Shown: piece after piece, positions 17,801 through 26,690 of the stretch
Layout of the letters: the number at the start of each line of letters is the position of its first letter
Position numbering within the stretch: the first letter of the stretch is position 1
Virus record (IMG/VR): IMGVR_UViG_3300010361_000005
Location: 1-63,683 of that record
DNA: 63,683 nt
Source of the DNA: a virus
Direction: 5' to 3' (one strand)
Position numbers and translations under genes: made by a program
The notes under the pieces: generated by a model
What the model was told of the DNA's origin: nothing
What the model saw: only the letters and a program-made list of their open reading frames with translations
The model's database searches: none

Positions 17801-18948
17801 CTAGTTACAACGTCGCAGTTTTGCCGGTCTCGAGCTCAGACGTCAATGGCGCTACCACCGAGTCGGCAGCCATACGTCAGACCTCGGCCGATGTGAATGG
17901 TACTACGACTGAAACCCAGGCACTAGTCGCACAGGCTTTGGTGACCACGGACACCGGCACAGGCAGCGATACGCAGGTTCTTGCTGCCGGCAATACACCG
18001 GTCAGCACGGACGCGGGAGCGATTACAGATACAGCAAGTGTTACTAAGGCAGCGGTCAACGACTCTGACTCTGGCACGGGCGCAGAGTCGGCGACTGCAA
18101 AGGTGGCGGTCTCGGATAGCGACGGGGGGACTGTTGCAAGCGAGACCGTCACCACAAATGTCCCGGTCTCGGCGTCCGACGTCGCAGGGGCGGCTGAGTC
18201 TGCGGCAGGCGTGGCCGCATTGCCTGCAACAGACGCAGGCTCAGCAACCGAGACCGGGACACCTGTAGCCCAAGTATCGACCACCGACAGCAATGGCGCG
18301 ACTGCGGAAACAACCGTGCTATCGACGCACTACCAGGTGGCCGATTCCGACACAGCGACCGCGAGCGATGGTTACCTCCTCATAGCCAAGCTTGCGGTCG
18401 CTGATGCCGGTAGCGTAACAGAAACGAGCGTTGGTACTGCGGCTCTGATCACGGTCGGTGATCAGAACGGGGTGGTGGCTGAGAACGCCGCACTCGTCAC
18501 CACCCCGCTTATCACAACTGACTCTGGTACTACAACTGAGACCACCAGCCCGATCCGGGCTGTCTTGACTGTTACTGACAGCGGCACATCAACCGAACTT
18601 GCAGCCGCTGGTACTGCCAATACACCGGTCAGCTTTGACTCCGCGACAATCGTTGAAAATGCCTCGCTTGGCAAGTACACTTCTGACCTAGTTTACGGAC
18701 TAGATACCGCCATCCTTCACGCCTGGCTCTCTGACGACGATTTCGGGATGGCATCCGATACGGGCGGTCAGTATTCACCATTTCCTCCTGGCGATCTGAT
18801 ATCAGGTAAGATCACGCGCGGACTGGGCGGTGGAGTGGTACCCGCACTAGCCGGTGACATCGTCGTTCAAGAGCACGTCATACAGGGAGGAATAGGGTCA
18901 AAGTTGGACGGTGACGTTGAGACCATTGTGACCGGGAGGATCTCGTGA
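14827..18948 (+). CDS. large repetitive fibre/adhesin-like virion protein with two ConA/LamG-like domains (1373 aa)
   Basis: LamG-like block about 16460-17125 (LHFDAS...GKGVVRF...NQWKLYSF...EVFVYSRQLSDTERQLVENYLRNKW); second jelly-roll-like block about 15590-16150; about 25 degenerate repeats of type SDxNGxTTESxS. Confidence 0.75.
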   Translation: MPVNKWYLHNAAYSAGGTMPAPTTLMSASVQAGSGYFNATAVANRIDTNMTMNGTKGSTVQTPSGTTGASNTAQYFPVRRFVSPPLAAQTIPATANSLLLQAGLQTSNASTSPIFFRFGCLAVWRPSTGALVGRLLDKVTTGGGASSIASMAWHQSSAAGLFDTPAAALTIQDNDVLIFEMWVAVTQSMSTAYTTWVQFDGVDDFTSDGTAESSAAAVLLTPTIYLLGESAPVGVSSSDSNSGSANESAYVEVTDFPQNGVIDNFNRADGILTSPWVGMTVPTQTYLTPYVSSNQASTGPPGNGCGAYRSDQSLTDCEAYIDLPNPSESQYHDVWLRFTPGTDVGAQNGYYLRHDSTNNKLMLQKVSGGSSSTVGGQPTCALSPGDSIGARVLGTTFTIYYKPLGAAKWRVLGTGTDATYQNAGATGFFSPGHPTVFDNFGGGSIKTNVSASDTNGTTTESGSYKGQYSDTDATGINEIEVVTLVGKLGDTDTNGYVEVATSKTLQLDIDTTISESETATATPATQVSGTDANGAVTENGSVSTFPTNGLILHFDASTLGLANGADVNPWPNLATPAIPGTVVGTPNPTFQTGQINDGKGVVRFKAGAGRVRVSSTGVSVPMTLLVVAHHNGAAATQQRIISTNYPPNNFLLGWWGPAGGPGYQDAVYDGGWAAGEPSVTANNQWKLYSFDQVGANPVRLFSDGILTRNGGSGSQNLGGSLNISGQDATATTETSDCEVAEVFVYSRQLSDTERQLVENYLRNKWFRNPQTVLDSNAPVSEVTAPVRITDTDSNLATTETAGYVVNIIVYEPDFVDSYNTLATLYSPYSSIPATFSSYNTLTGAPLPLPNLVEATTISQKYSDIDANGTTTESASVTREQITDVDATGINEIEVVSVVAKITDTDVTIVETEAVSIVYLPVSADANSVTTESASITREQITTADTNSTTTESGSVTRGLLTDVDAGTGSDTATVGKALVSDIDANGTTTESASYNVAVLPVSSSDVNGATTESAAIRQTSADVNGTTTETQALVAQALVTTDTGTGSDTQVLAAGNTPVSTDAGAITDTASVTKAAVNDSDSGTGAESATAKVAVSDSDGGTVASETVTTNVPVSASDVAGAAESAAGVAALPATDAGSATETGTPVAQVSTTDSNGATAETTVLSTHYQVADSDTATASDGYLLIAKLAVADAGSVTETSVGTAALITVGDQNGVVAENAALVTTPLITTDSGTTTETTSPIRAVLTVTDSGTSTELAAAGTANTPVSFDSATIVENASLGKYTSDLVYGLDTAILHAWLSDDDFGMASDTGGQYSPFPPGDLISGKITRGLGGGVVPALAGDIVVQEHVIQGGIGSKLDGDVETIVTGRIS

Positions 18949-19685
18949 TTGTTGTAACCTTCTCAAACTTCTTGCCCACCCCACGCTTTGACGGCATCCC
19001 CTGGCTCCACATCAACATCGAGGAGTCAGCCTCTGAAGATGGACCCTGGACGCTGATTGACACCCAGGACATTTATCCGACAGACCTCGATCCATCTGAC
19101 CCATCGCCGCGTTCTTTCACGACAGAGAATGCAACGATCCCTGAGGGCTGGTATCGGATCGTCTTTGTTGACAAGGACGGCAACACGATCGTTGCTGATC
19201 CTGTCCAGAACATTCCGCAGCAGGAGGAGCCGTACCTGCCGTCTGTGCGGGATGTAGCGCTGAAGATCCTCTCGCGCACACGCGACAGCAAGGGCAACCA
19301 GTTGGGTACGTTCACCGATGACACGGTACCGACCGCAACCGACTGCGCCGCCATCATAGGGCAGGCTGCACTTGACGTGTCTAAGGTACTAGGCACTAAC
19401 ATTCCCGAAGAGTTGCAGGACGATGTTGGCAACCTGATTGCGTTGAAGGCAGCCTGTCAGGTGGAGATGTCTTACTACTCGGAACAGGTCAACACCGGGC
19501 GCAGTATCTACCCACAGCTTGACAAGGAGTATGAGACAGAACTACCGCTCATCTCTAAGCAGATTCAGCAGGTACTCAGCGGTGGTGACGGTACCACTGG
19601 TCCTGTTATGTCTGGTCCAAGTCTAGCGGCATCTTGGGGAGGATTCCCGCCAGCCACCCCCGATTGGCTGACGAAGAAGATGTAA
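18945..19685 (+). CDS. hypothetical protein, possible head-tail adaptor (246 aa)
   Basis: GTGA overlap; position between fibre genes and neck/tail genes. Confidence 0.45.
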   Translation: MIVVTFSNFLPTPRFDGIPWLHINIEESASEDGPWTLIDTQDIYPTDLDPSDPSPRSFTTENATIPEGWYRIVFVDKDGNTIVADPVQNIPQQEEPYLPSVRDVALKILSRTRDSKGNQLGTFTDDTVPTATDCAAIIGQAALDVSKVLGTNIPEELQDDVGNLIALKAACQVEMSYYSEQVNTGRSIYPQLDKEYETELPLISKQIQQVLSGGDGTTGPVMSGPSLAASWGGFPPATPDWLTKKM

Positions 19686-20137
19686 TGAGATTCTACCTCA
19701 GAACGCACAACCTCGAGAGAGCCATTGCTCGATATGAGCATTTGGCCGAGGCTGCGATTGACGCTCAGCCAGCGATGGCGGAAGTCACGATGCTGATGAT
19801 GGACTTCATACGCGCGACGTTCGAGAGCGGAGGTAGACGTGGCGGTGGTTCCTGGGCGCAGCTCACGGATGAGTGGCTGACTCGTAAGATCAAGCTGGGT
19901 GGTGATCCCCGTATCGGCTTCTTCAGGCACCACCTGTTCGAAGCGTTCACCGTCCCAGGTGCAGAGCACCAGGAGATTCACATTGAGCCACACAGCGCCT
20001 CCATCATGTCTGACCTGCCCTACGCGGCAACGCAGCAGGCGCACCGTCCCTTCATCAAGTTCACACCGAACGACAGGATCAGGATGGGCGAGGTAGTCAC
20101 ACAGTATCTAGTTGAAGCATGGATGAGGGATCCATGA
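19685..20137 (+). CDS. head-tail joining/virion morphogenesis-like protein (150 aa)
   Basis: TAATG junction; GGGSWAQLTDEWLTRK segment reminiscent of Mu gpG/HK97 gp10-type proteins. Confidence 0.45.
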   Translation: MRFYLRTHNLERAIARYEHLAEAAIDAQPAMAEVTMLMMDFIRATFESGGRRGGGSWAQLTDEWLTRKIKLGGDPRIGFFRHHLFEAFTVPGAEHQEIHIEPHSASIMSDLPYAATQQAHRPFIKFTPNDRIRMGEVVTQYLVEAWMRDP

Positions 20138-20763
20138 GCATCTTCGGAGCCATACAGATCGCCGACGATCTGGAGGAGGCTGTGCTCGACACTCTTGAGA
20201 AATGGTTCTACACGTACATGGTCGAGTACGAGCTACAGCGTCACTTGATCCCTGACAGAAACACCAGACCTACACACCCGATGCCGCGCAGCTACTTGAA
20301 GGTCAATCAGCTAGATAAGGAGGCGGCTGATCAGCTGCCGAGCATTGTGTGCGTGAGTCCTGGGCTCAGTAATAGGCATCCTCCAATGCAGGAGGGTGAC
20401 GGGTCATTCCGCGCATTCTTCAACGTAGGGGTCGGGGTCTTCTGCACCGCAAAGGATCGTAAGGACACCATGAAGATCTGCCGCATGTACACCGGCATCG
20501 CTCGTACCATCATGCTACAGCAGCAGTCGCTCGGTGGCTTCGCAGACGGCAGTGTCTGGCTGGACGAAAGCTACGATCCGCACTTCACCTTCACAGATGA
20601 TCAGACGATCAGCGCCGGACAGGTCTTGTTCGAGATCGAGGTCGCTGGCGTCATCAACAGGTTCGATGGTCCCAAGACTATCGATCCGTTGCCCGAGCAA
20701 CCGGGCAGCGATTGGCCATTGGCCGAAGAAGTCATAGCAACAGTCGAGATCCTGGAGGACTAA
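20134..20763 (+). CDS. hypothetical protein, possible tail completion protein (209 aa)
   Basis: ATGA overlap; position upstream of sheath. Confidence 0.45.
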   Translation: MSIFGAIQIADDLEEAVLDTLEKWFYTYMVEYELQRHLIPDRNTRPTHPMPRSYLKVNQLDKEAADQLPSIVCVSPGLSNRHPPMQEGDGSFRAFFNVGVGVFCTAKDRKDTMKICRMYTGIARTIMLQQQSLGGFADGSVWLDESYDPHFTFTDDQTISAGQVLFEIEVAGVINRFDGPKTIDPLPEQPGSDWPLAEEVIATVEILED

Positions 20764-21101
20764 TGCCGCAGACAAAGGCAAAGACACCGGACCCCACGGT
20801 ACCGGAGGACTACAGGAATCTTGCTCTGCACGTGGTGTGCCTCGCCAGTGGCCAGACGGTAGCCATCGGCGAGATCTTCCAGCTCACCGGTGAAGACGCA
20901 AGTGATCCACACAACCAAGCCCTCATCACGACTGGCAGCATCGTGAACTGTGCAGCATACGAGAATGCCATCACGGCAGAGGGCCAGGCAGCAGTGCCGG
21001 AAGCAGAGGCCGAGGGCGACGACAAGACCTCGCTCTCAACCTCTGGGAAGCCGGGCGTCGAGAAGCCTGCTGCTGAGACCGAGGAAGGAGCCAAGGAATG
21101 A
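20763..21101 (+). CDS. hypothetical protein with acidic low-complexity tail (112 aa)
   Basis: TAATG junction. Confidence 0.45.
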   Translation: MPQTKAKTPDPTVPEDYRNLALHVVCLASGQTVAIGEIFQLTGEDASDPHNQALITTGSIVNCAAYENAITAEGQAAVPEAEAEGDDKTSLSTSGKPGVEKPAAETEEGAKE

Positions 21102-22543
21102 CGCGTCCTGGCGTAGTTGTTGCAGTTCAGACGTCAGTGCCGCCTCGCTCCGTTCCGACCGATTCTGGCGTCGCGTTCATCGTCGGCATGTGTGACAAGG
21201 GAGCAACCAACGCACCCACGTTCGTCCAGAGCCTGGATCAGTTCATCTCGCTCTGTGGCGCTCGCGTCACCTACAGCATTCTGTACGATGCGGTGGACAT
21301 CTTCTTCCGCGAGGGAGGGAACGGCGCGTACATCGGTCGCGTGGTAGGACCAGCAGCAGTCGCCGCATCGCACACATACCTGGATGCCGGCGCTGTTTCA
21401 AGCCTGGTCCTGTCAGCCGACTCGCCCGGAGCATGGGGCAACAACATCAAGGTCGGTATCGTCGCGGGGCAGGTGACCGGGTTTGCAATCCAGGTCACCG
21501 ATGCCAGCAACAACATCCTCGAGACATCGTACGACCTGGTGACACAGGCCGACGCGCTCGCGTGGGTGAATACATACAGCCAGTACCTCAACGTCGCGCT
21601 CGGTACCAGCACCAACCCACCGGCGCTGGTGGCCCCTGTCGCGCTCTCCGGCGGCAACGACGACCGAAACAACGCGACAGATGCACAGTGGCTGACTGCG
21701 CTCAACACGTTCGGCGCTGCACTTGGCCCCGGCCAGGTGTTCGCACCGGGCAGGACATCTACCGCTGGGACGCAGCAACTCGCGGCTCATGCTCAGGCCA
21801 ACAACCGGGTGGCTCTGATCGACCTGGTGGACACCCCAACGGTAGCAACGCTGCAGTCAGGCGCAGCTGCCGCTGCTGGTGGCGGTGCTGGGCAGTATTC
21901 GGCATCATTCACTCCATGGCTCGTTGTGCCAGGTGCCACGCCCGGTACGTCACGCATCGTGCCACCGTCCTGTGCCATGGCAGGATTGATCGCCCGCAAC
22001 GATGTCCTGAATAACCCGGACACACCGGCTGCCGGCGAGCAGGGTGTCTTCAACTCAGTAGTCGGTCTGAGTCAGCCTGCCTTCACCGACCCGGTGAGGC
22101 AGACGCTCAATGGCACCGGCGTGAATGTCATCCGCCAGATGCTCGGTGGCTTCAGGAACTACGGCTACCGTTCGCTGGCGAACCCCGTCAGCAACATGTC
22201 GTGGGTGGACTTCAGCAACGTCCGGTACCTGATGGAACTGGGCGCTCGTTGTCAGGCCGTCGGCGAGCAGTTCATGTTCGCTGTCATCGACGGCACTGGT
22301 CATACGTTCTCTGACTACGGCGCTGCCCTGTCGGCTCTGTGCCAGGCAGACTACTCGTCTGGTCAGATCTTCGGGTCGGTGCCGGAGGATGCGTTCAACG
22401 TGGACACCGGGCCGTCTGTCAACACGCCAGCGACGATCGCGGACAACCAACTCCGCGCGGTCGTGGCTGTGCGACCCTCACCCTTCGCGGAGTTGGTCTC
22501 GATCCTCATCGTGAACACGCCGATCACCCAGGCGGTGGCATAA
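21098..22543 (+). CDS. contractile tail sheath protein
   Basis: N-terminal TRPGVVVAVQ...VAFIVG and C-terminal GVNVIRQMLGGFRNYGYRSLA motifs typical of sheath proteins; followed by tube gene. Confidence 0.8.
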   Translation: MTRPGVVVAVQTSVPPRSVPTDSGVAFIVGMCDKGATNAPTFVQSLDQFISLCGARVTYSILYDAVDIFFREGGNGAYIGRVVGPAAVAASHTYLDAGAVSSLVLSADSPGAWGNNIKVGIVAGQVTGFAIQVTDASNNILETSYDLVTQADALAWVNTYSQYLNVALGTSTNPPALVAPVALSGGNDDRNNATDAQWLTALNTFGAALGPGQVFAPGRTSTAGTQQLAAHAQANNRVALIDLVDTPTVATLQSGAAAAAGGGAGQYSASFTPWLVVPGATPGTSRIVPPSCAMAGLIARNDVLNNPDTPAAGEQGVFNSVVGLSQPAFTDPVRQTLNGTGVNVIRQMLGGFRNYGYRSLANPVSNMSWVDFSNVRYLMELGARCQAVGEQFMFAVIDGTGHTFSDYGAALSALCQADYSSGQIFGSVPEDAFNVDTGPSVNTPATIADNQLRAVVAVRPSPFAELVSILIVNTPITQAVA

Positions 22544-22990
22544 ATGGCTGGAGGACCTACTCGTCAAGATACCCACAAGATCGTGGTGAGCATCGAGAAC
22601 CGGAAGACCGGCAAGATGCAGAACTACGGCGTGTGGGACAAGTGGACCGGTGGTGAGGTCGACTCAGACTCGACCAACTACTATCCGGGTGGCATGGCGG
22701 ATCCCGTCTCCCTTGGCGGCAGGCGCACGACAGCCAACGTCGTGGTCTCGCGTCTGTACCGCCTGGAGCGTGACCACTTGCACCTGCAGGAATGGATCAA
22801 CGCTGCCGGCAAGTCCCAGGCTCACATCAGCCGGCAGCCGTTGGACATCAATGGCAACGTGTTCGGAAAGCCAATCGTCTACAACGCCATCTTGAAGAAG
22901 GTCACGCCGCCACCGCTTGACTCCGAGCAGTCCGGCGCAGCCATCGTCGAGTTGGAGTTCACCGTCACCGGGTTCCCGACGGTCAACTAG
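22544..22990 (+). CDS. tail tube protein
   Basis: 148 aa immediately downstream of sheath (TAA ATG junction). Confidence 0.6.
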   Translation: MAGGPTRQDTHKIVVSIENRKTGKMQNYGVWDKWTGGEVDSDSTNYYPGGMADPVSLGGRRTTANVVVSRLYRLERDHLHLQEWINAAGKSQAHISRQPLDINGNVFGKPIVYNAILKKVTPPPLDSEQSGAAIVELEFTVTGFPTVN

Positions 22991-23012
22991 GGAACCCACA
23001 AGGAGGGAGCGC

Positions 23013-23588
23013 ATGTCCGAAGACGTACAAGAGGATCAGCCCAGCTTGGGTGAGACCTCTGAGTTCGCGGCGAGCGGGTTGCCTGACGATACGGGCAGCC
23101 TGCTCGACGCACTCGCTGCTGAGCGGGATGAGATGGCTGCCGAGAGGGAGACGTTTATCCCCATCCCTGGCTACGGTAGGGACAGCGGCGTGATCATGCT
23201 CGTGAAGTATCGGCTGCTGGGCGGTGAAGAGATCGCCGGCATCGGCCGCAAGGTACAGCGGGAGTTCCGCAAGAGCCAACAGTACGAGCGTATCCTGTAC
23301 GCATCGATCGACACGATGATCGCTGCCTGCGAGGGATTCTACGCTCAGCGTGGCACCAATGGCGAGAAGCTGGAACTACCACTGTATCACTACGACACCG
23401 AGTTGGCCAAGGCACTCAAGTTCGAGGATCAGATCGACCCGAACCAGCCTGCTCGTTCCGTAGTCATCGCGCTGTTTGGCGGCAACATGATCGCCATTCA
23501 GCAACACACCTTGCTCCTGGGACGGTGGATGGGTGACACTACCATGGACGCTACCGCTGAGTTCCTGGACCAAGGGGGAAACCTCTAG
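23013..23588 (+). CDS. tail assembly chaperone (G-like, 191 aa)
   Basis: Acidic protein between tube and tape measure; ends 4 nt after the GGGAAAC slippery heptamer. Confidence 0.65.
   Translation: MSEDVQEDQPSLGETSEFAASGLPDDTGSLLDALAAERDEMAAERETFIPIPGYGRDSGVIMLVKYRLLGGEEIAGIGRKVQREFRKSQQYERILYASIDTMIAACEGFYAQRGTNGEKLELPLYHYDTELAKALKFEDQIDPNQPARSVVIALFGGNMIAIQQHTLLLGRWMGDTTMDATAEFLDQGGNL
23576..23582 (+). promoter_or_regulatory. -1 programmed frameshift heptamer G_GGA_AAC
   Basis: X_XXY_YYZ pattern in the zero frame of the chaperone gene; the -1 frame stays open to 23797. Confidence 0.6.
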
Positions 23589-23797
23589 GGCGCGCAGAGA
23601 TCGAGACCGCCGCATATGTCGCTATCTTCGGAATGGATCCAATGGCTTTCCTTGAGACGGAGGATCCGCTCCGACGTGAGGTCATGCGGCGCATCGCCAT
23701 TGCTTCCCGTGACAACCTGCGGAAGCTGGATCAAGAGCGCGCCATCATGCACGCGAACGAGATTGGCAAGATCCTCAACCAGATGTTCGGGAGGTAG
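23576..23797 (+). CDS. -1 frame extension giving GT-like chaperone fusion
   Basis: -1 frame reads GKPLGRAEIETAAYVAIFGMDPMAFLETEDPLRREVMRRIAIASRDNLRKLDQERAIMHANEIGKILNQMFGR and stops 5 nt before the tape measure start. Confidence 0.55.
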   Translation, partial: GKPLGRAEIETAAYVAIFGMDPMAFLETEDPLRREVMRRIAIASRDNLRKLDQERAIMHANEIGKILNQMFGR

Positions 23798-23802
23798 CCA
23801 GG

Positions 23803-25986
23803 GTGCCCGTTGAGCCGGTAATCCTCGAGACCATCCTCACCGGCTGGCGTGAAGTTGTAGGTGGGGTGCAGGCTGAAGTCGCTGCGCTTGAAGAACTCGG
23901 CGTGGCGATGAACCTGACCGGGGATCGGGCAATGGTCAACGCACGGAAGCAGGAGATCTACAATCAGACCCTGTTCACCGGGCGTCGCCTAGCGTATGCG
24001 GGCACCCTGGCCCTCGTAGCCGCCGGTGCGGCAGTGTTGAAGTTAGGCTGGAACTATCAGAGTGCGATGCAGCAGGCTCGCGTTGCATTGAGTCCAGTCT
24101 TCAAGGACACCGCCTCACTCAATACCGAGCTACAGCATCTATTCCAGGTAACTGCCTTCTCACCGTTCCAGTTCAAAGATGTGACCACCGCGTTTCGGCA
24201 GCTGTACTACGGTCTCAAGTACGCACCGGGCGTCTCCGATCCTCTGCAGACCGCGAATCAGACGATGCAGTCCCTACTTGACTCGTTGGCCGCCGCTGGC
24301 AAGGCAACACCCGCAAACCTTCAGCGCGCATCCCTCGCGCTCCAGCACATGGCCTACTCTGGTAGGCTGACCGGCTACGCAGTCAACCAGCTATCCCGTG
24401 ACGGCATCCCGATGCTGCCGATCCTGAACCGGATGCTGCACATCACCGGCACGGAGATTCACCGCATCGGGTCGATGAACATCCCGGTGCAGCAGGTGCT
24501 CGACGCAATCAACAAGTTCGTCGAGACTACACCGGGCTACAGGATGGCAGCGTTCCGGCAGGCCACGCTCACCCTACACGGTGCCTGGACAACCTTCAAG
24601 GACCTGCTTAGTCAGGCGAGCGCGAGCAGTGGTGCCGGCATGTTCGGGTGGGTGCAGAAGTTCCTCACCGCAACGGACAAGGCTCTGTATGGACACCTGT
24701 ACTCCAACAGGCCGGTCACGATGACGGACTTCTTCAAGGCGATCGACGATGCAGCCTCACCTCGTACTCACCTCGTGTTTGATGTGTTCAAGCTTCTCGA
24801 GGGAGTGCTACAAGGGATCAAGGAGGACTTCAGCGCGGTCGCCACGGCCATCTGGCTAGTGCTCACGCCGCTGTGGGCGCTGGAGGCAGTCCTGGGCATC
24901 CCCGGTGGTAAGTACGGCATCGCCTACGCACTGCAGGTTGTGGGCTTCTTCCTCGGCCTGTACATCGGCTACCTCATCCTGGCGAAGACGTATGAGTACG
25001 CGCTCGCAGCAGCCACGATCATTCGCACAGCCGTCACCGAGGGTCTCGCCGTAGCCCAGGGTCTTGCCGATGCAGCGATGGTGATCTATGTTGTGACGCA
25101 GGGTCTCTATAACGACGTGATGGAAGCGGGCATTTGGCTCACGATAGGAATGGCAGCAGCACAGTACCGGCTGATCGCTGCTGCCGTGATAGCCGCTGCC
25201 ATCATGCGTGGACAGATGCTCCTGATGGAGATCTGGACTGCAGTCGTCGGTCTGTTTGACCTAGCGATGATCGGTCTTCAGTTCACGATTGATGCGGTCG
25301 CGGCAGCGTGGGTGGCGCTCGATCTCGTCATGGGACCCATCGGATGGATCATCTTGGCCATCGCCGCGATCACTACGCTGTACATGAGGTGGAAGTGGTT
25401 CCACGATCTGGTCAACGAGTTCGCGAACTGGTTGCGCGAGCACTGGCAACTGGCGCTGCTCGGCCTAGCCAGCCCGTTCTTGTTGGCAGTCGTGCTGATC
25501 ATCGAGCGGTTCGCACATCTACTCAGCTTCGCCCAGGGTGTCTACGACTGGTTCAAGAAGCACAACATCTTCGAGGCGGCAGCTAGCTTCCTGACCCCAT
25601 TTGGCATAGGCGGAAGTCTGTTCGGTGGTGGTGGAGCCGCTGGTGGTCCGGCTGCTGGCGGCGGTGGCTTCTGGGGATCGGTAGGCAAGTACCTGGGCTA
25701 CACCAACTATGCTAATCCTGGCTACTGGGTCGGACGCGGTCTGAGCATGATCCCGGGACTGCAGGGTGGCGGCGCTATCGTCGGTGGCGGTCTTGCGATG
25801 GTCGGGGAACATGGCCCCGAGATGCTCGCGCTGCCCTCAGGTGCGACGATCAGGTCTACGGCGCAAAGCCTCGGTGGTGCCGGCGGTTTCACAATCAAAA
25901 TATTTCCGCAGCCCATCATTCTGGACGGTAAGCAGATCGGCGTGGCGATGGCAACAGCGGTGACGGATGCGGAGGCGAGGCAGTGA
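23803..25986 (+). CDS. tape measure protein (727 aa)
   Basis: Position after chaperone; long helical N-terminus, multiple hydrophobic segments, Gly-rich C-terminal GGGGAAGGPAAGGGGFWG. Confidence 0.75.
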   Translation: MPVEPVILETILTGWREVVGGVQAEVAALEELGVAMNLTGDRAMVNARKQEIYNQTLFTGRRLAYAGTLALVAAGAAVLKLGWNYQSAMQQARVALSPVFKDTASLNTELQHLFQVTAFSPFQFKDVTTAFRQLYYGLKYAPGVSDPLQTANQTMQSLLDSLAAAGKATPANLQRASLALQHMAYSGRLTGYAVNQLSRDGIPMLPILNRMLHITGTEIHRIGSMNIPVQQVLDAINKFVETTPGYRMAAFRQATLTLHGAWTTFKDLLSQASASSGAGMFGWVQKFLTATDKALYGHLYSNRPVTMTDFFKAIDDAASPRTHLVFDVFKLLEGVLQGIKEDFSAVATAIWLVLTPLWALEAVLGIPGGKYGIAYALQVVGFFLGLYIGYLILAKTYEYALAAATIIRTAVTEGLAVAQGLADAAMVIYVVTQGLYNDVMEAGIWLTIGMAAAQYRLIAAAVIAAAIMRGQMLLMEIWTAVVGLFDLAMIGLQFTIDAVAAAWVALDLVMGPIGWIILAIAAITTLYMRWKWFHDLVNEFANWLREHWQLALLGLASPFLLAVVLIIERFAHLLSFAQGVYDWFKKHNIFEAAASFLTPFGIGGSLFGGGGAAGGPAAGGGGFWGSVGKYLGYTNYANPGYWVGRGLSMIPGLQGGGAIVGGGLAMVGEHGPEMLALPSGATIRSTAQSLGGAGGFTIKIFPQPIILDGKQIGVAMATAVTDAEARQ

Positions 25987-26690
25987 GTAGCTATGGTCTT
26001 GGTAGTGAAGTTGCAGCTGATCATTACGTGACGCTGAGTTCCTCTTCAGGGCACAGGGTGAAGCTTCTGATGGACGCGGCTGCCGTCAGCATCACTGGCG
26101 GGCATGGTGGCTGGGAAGTCATCGATCGCCCGAAGCGAACGAGCATCACGCGCTGGAAGGGCAAGACGCCATATACGATGGATCTACCCGTTGTGTTCAA
26201 CGGGATCAGTCAGTACCGAAACATGGAGGCTGATATTCAGACGTTGATCAAGATGGCTGAGCCTGTGGGTCACCTGAAGGAGCCACCGACGATCCGGGTG
26301 ATCGGATCGGCATTGCCGCTTGCGGGGACACGGTGGTGGGTCATCGCCGACATGTCTTGGGACAATCAGCAGGCTACTTGGTATCGTTTCGGGCACATCA
26401 CAGGCCGAACGCGGCAGAGCGTAGTGATCCATCTTCTCGAGTATGTTGACGAGCAGATCATCCTGACGCAGCCCTCGCCTGCAGTGCTCAACGGTGCAGC
26501 CGGTGGTGGAAAGGTGATCAAGTCATCCGGGCTGACCGCGAAGCAGGAGGCTCAGAAGCATCTGGGTGACCCGAACCTGTTCCAGATCATCCTGGAGGCA
26601 AACCCATGGCTGCCTATTGATACGCGCCTGGGGATCCCAGCGGGGCAGGACTTGATCATTCCTGATAAGAAGACGAAGAAGAAGACCTGA
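25983..26690 (+). CDS. LysM-domain tail protein (XkdP-like)
   Basis: GTGA overlap; C-terminal LysM-like LTAKQEAQKHLGDPNLFQIILEANPWL...GQDLIIP. Confidence 0.6.
   Translation: MSSYGLGSEVAADHYVTLSSSSGHRVKLLMDAAAVSITGGHGGWEVIDRPKRTSITRWKGKTPYTMDLPVVFNGISQYRNMEADIQTLIKMAEPVGHLKEPPTIRVIGSALPLAGTRWWVIADMSWDNQQATWYRFGHITGRTRQSVVIHLLEYVDEQIILTQPSPAVLNGAAGGGKVIKSSGLTAKQEAQKHLGDPNLFQIILEANPWLPIDTRLGIPAGQDLIIPDKKTKKKT

Noticed and set aside
23616-23813. 65-aa ORF between the chaperone and tape measure genes
   Set aside because: It is in a different frame from the helical, protein-like -1 extension that is contiguous with the GGGAAAC slippery site. It has no SD and runs into the tape measure start.
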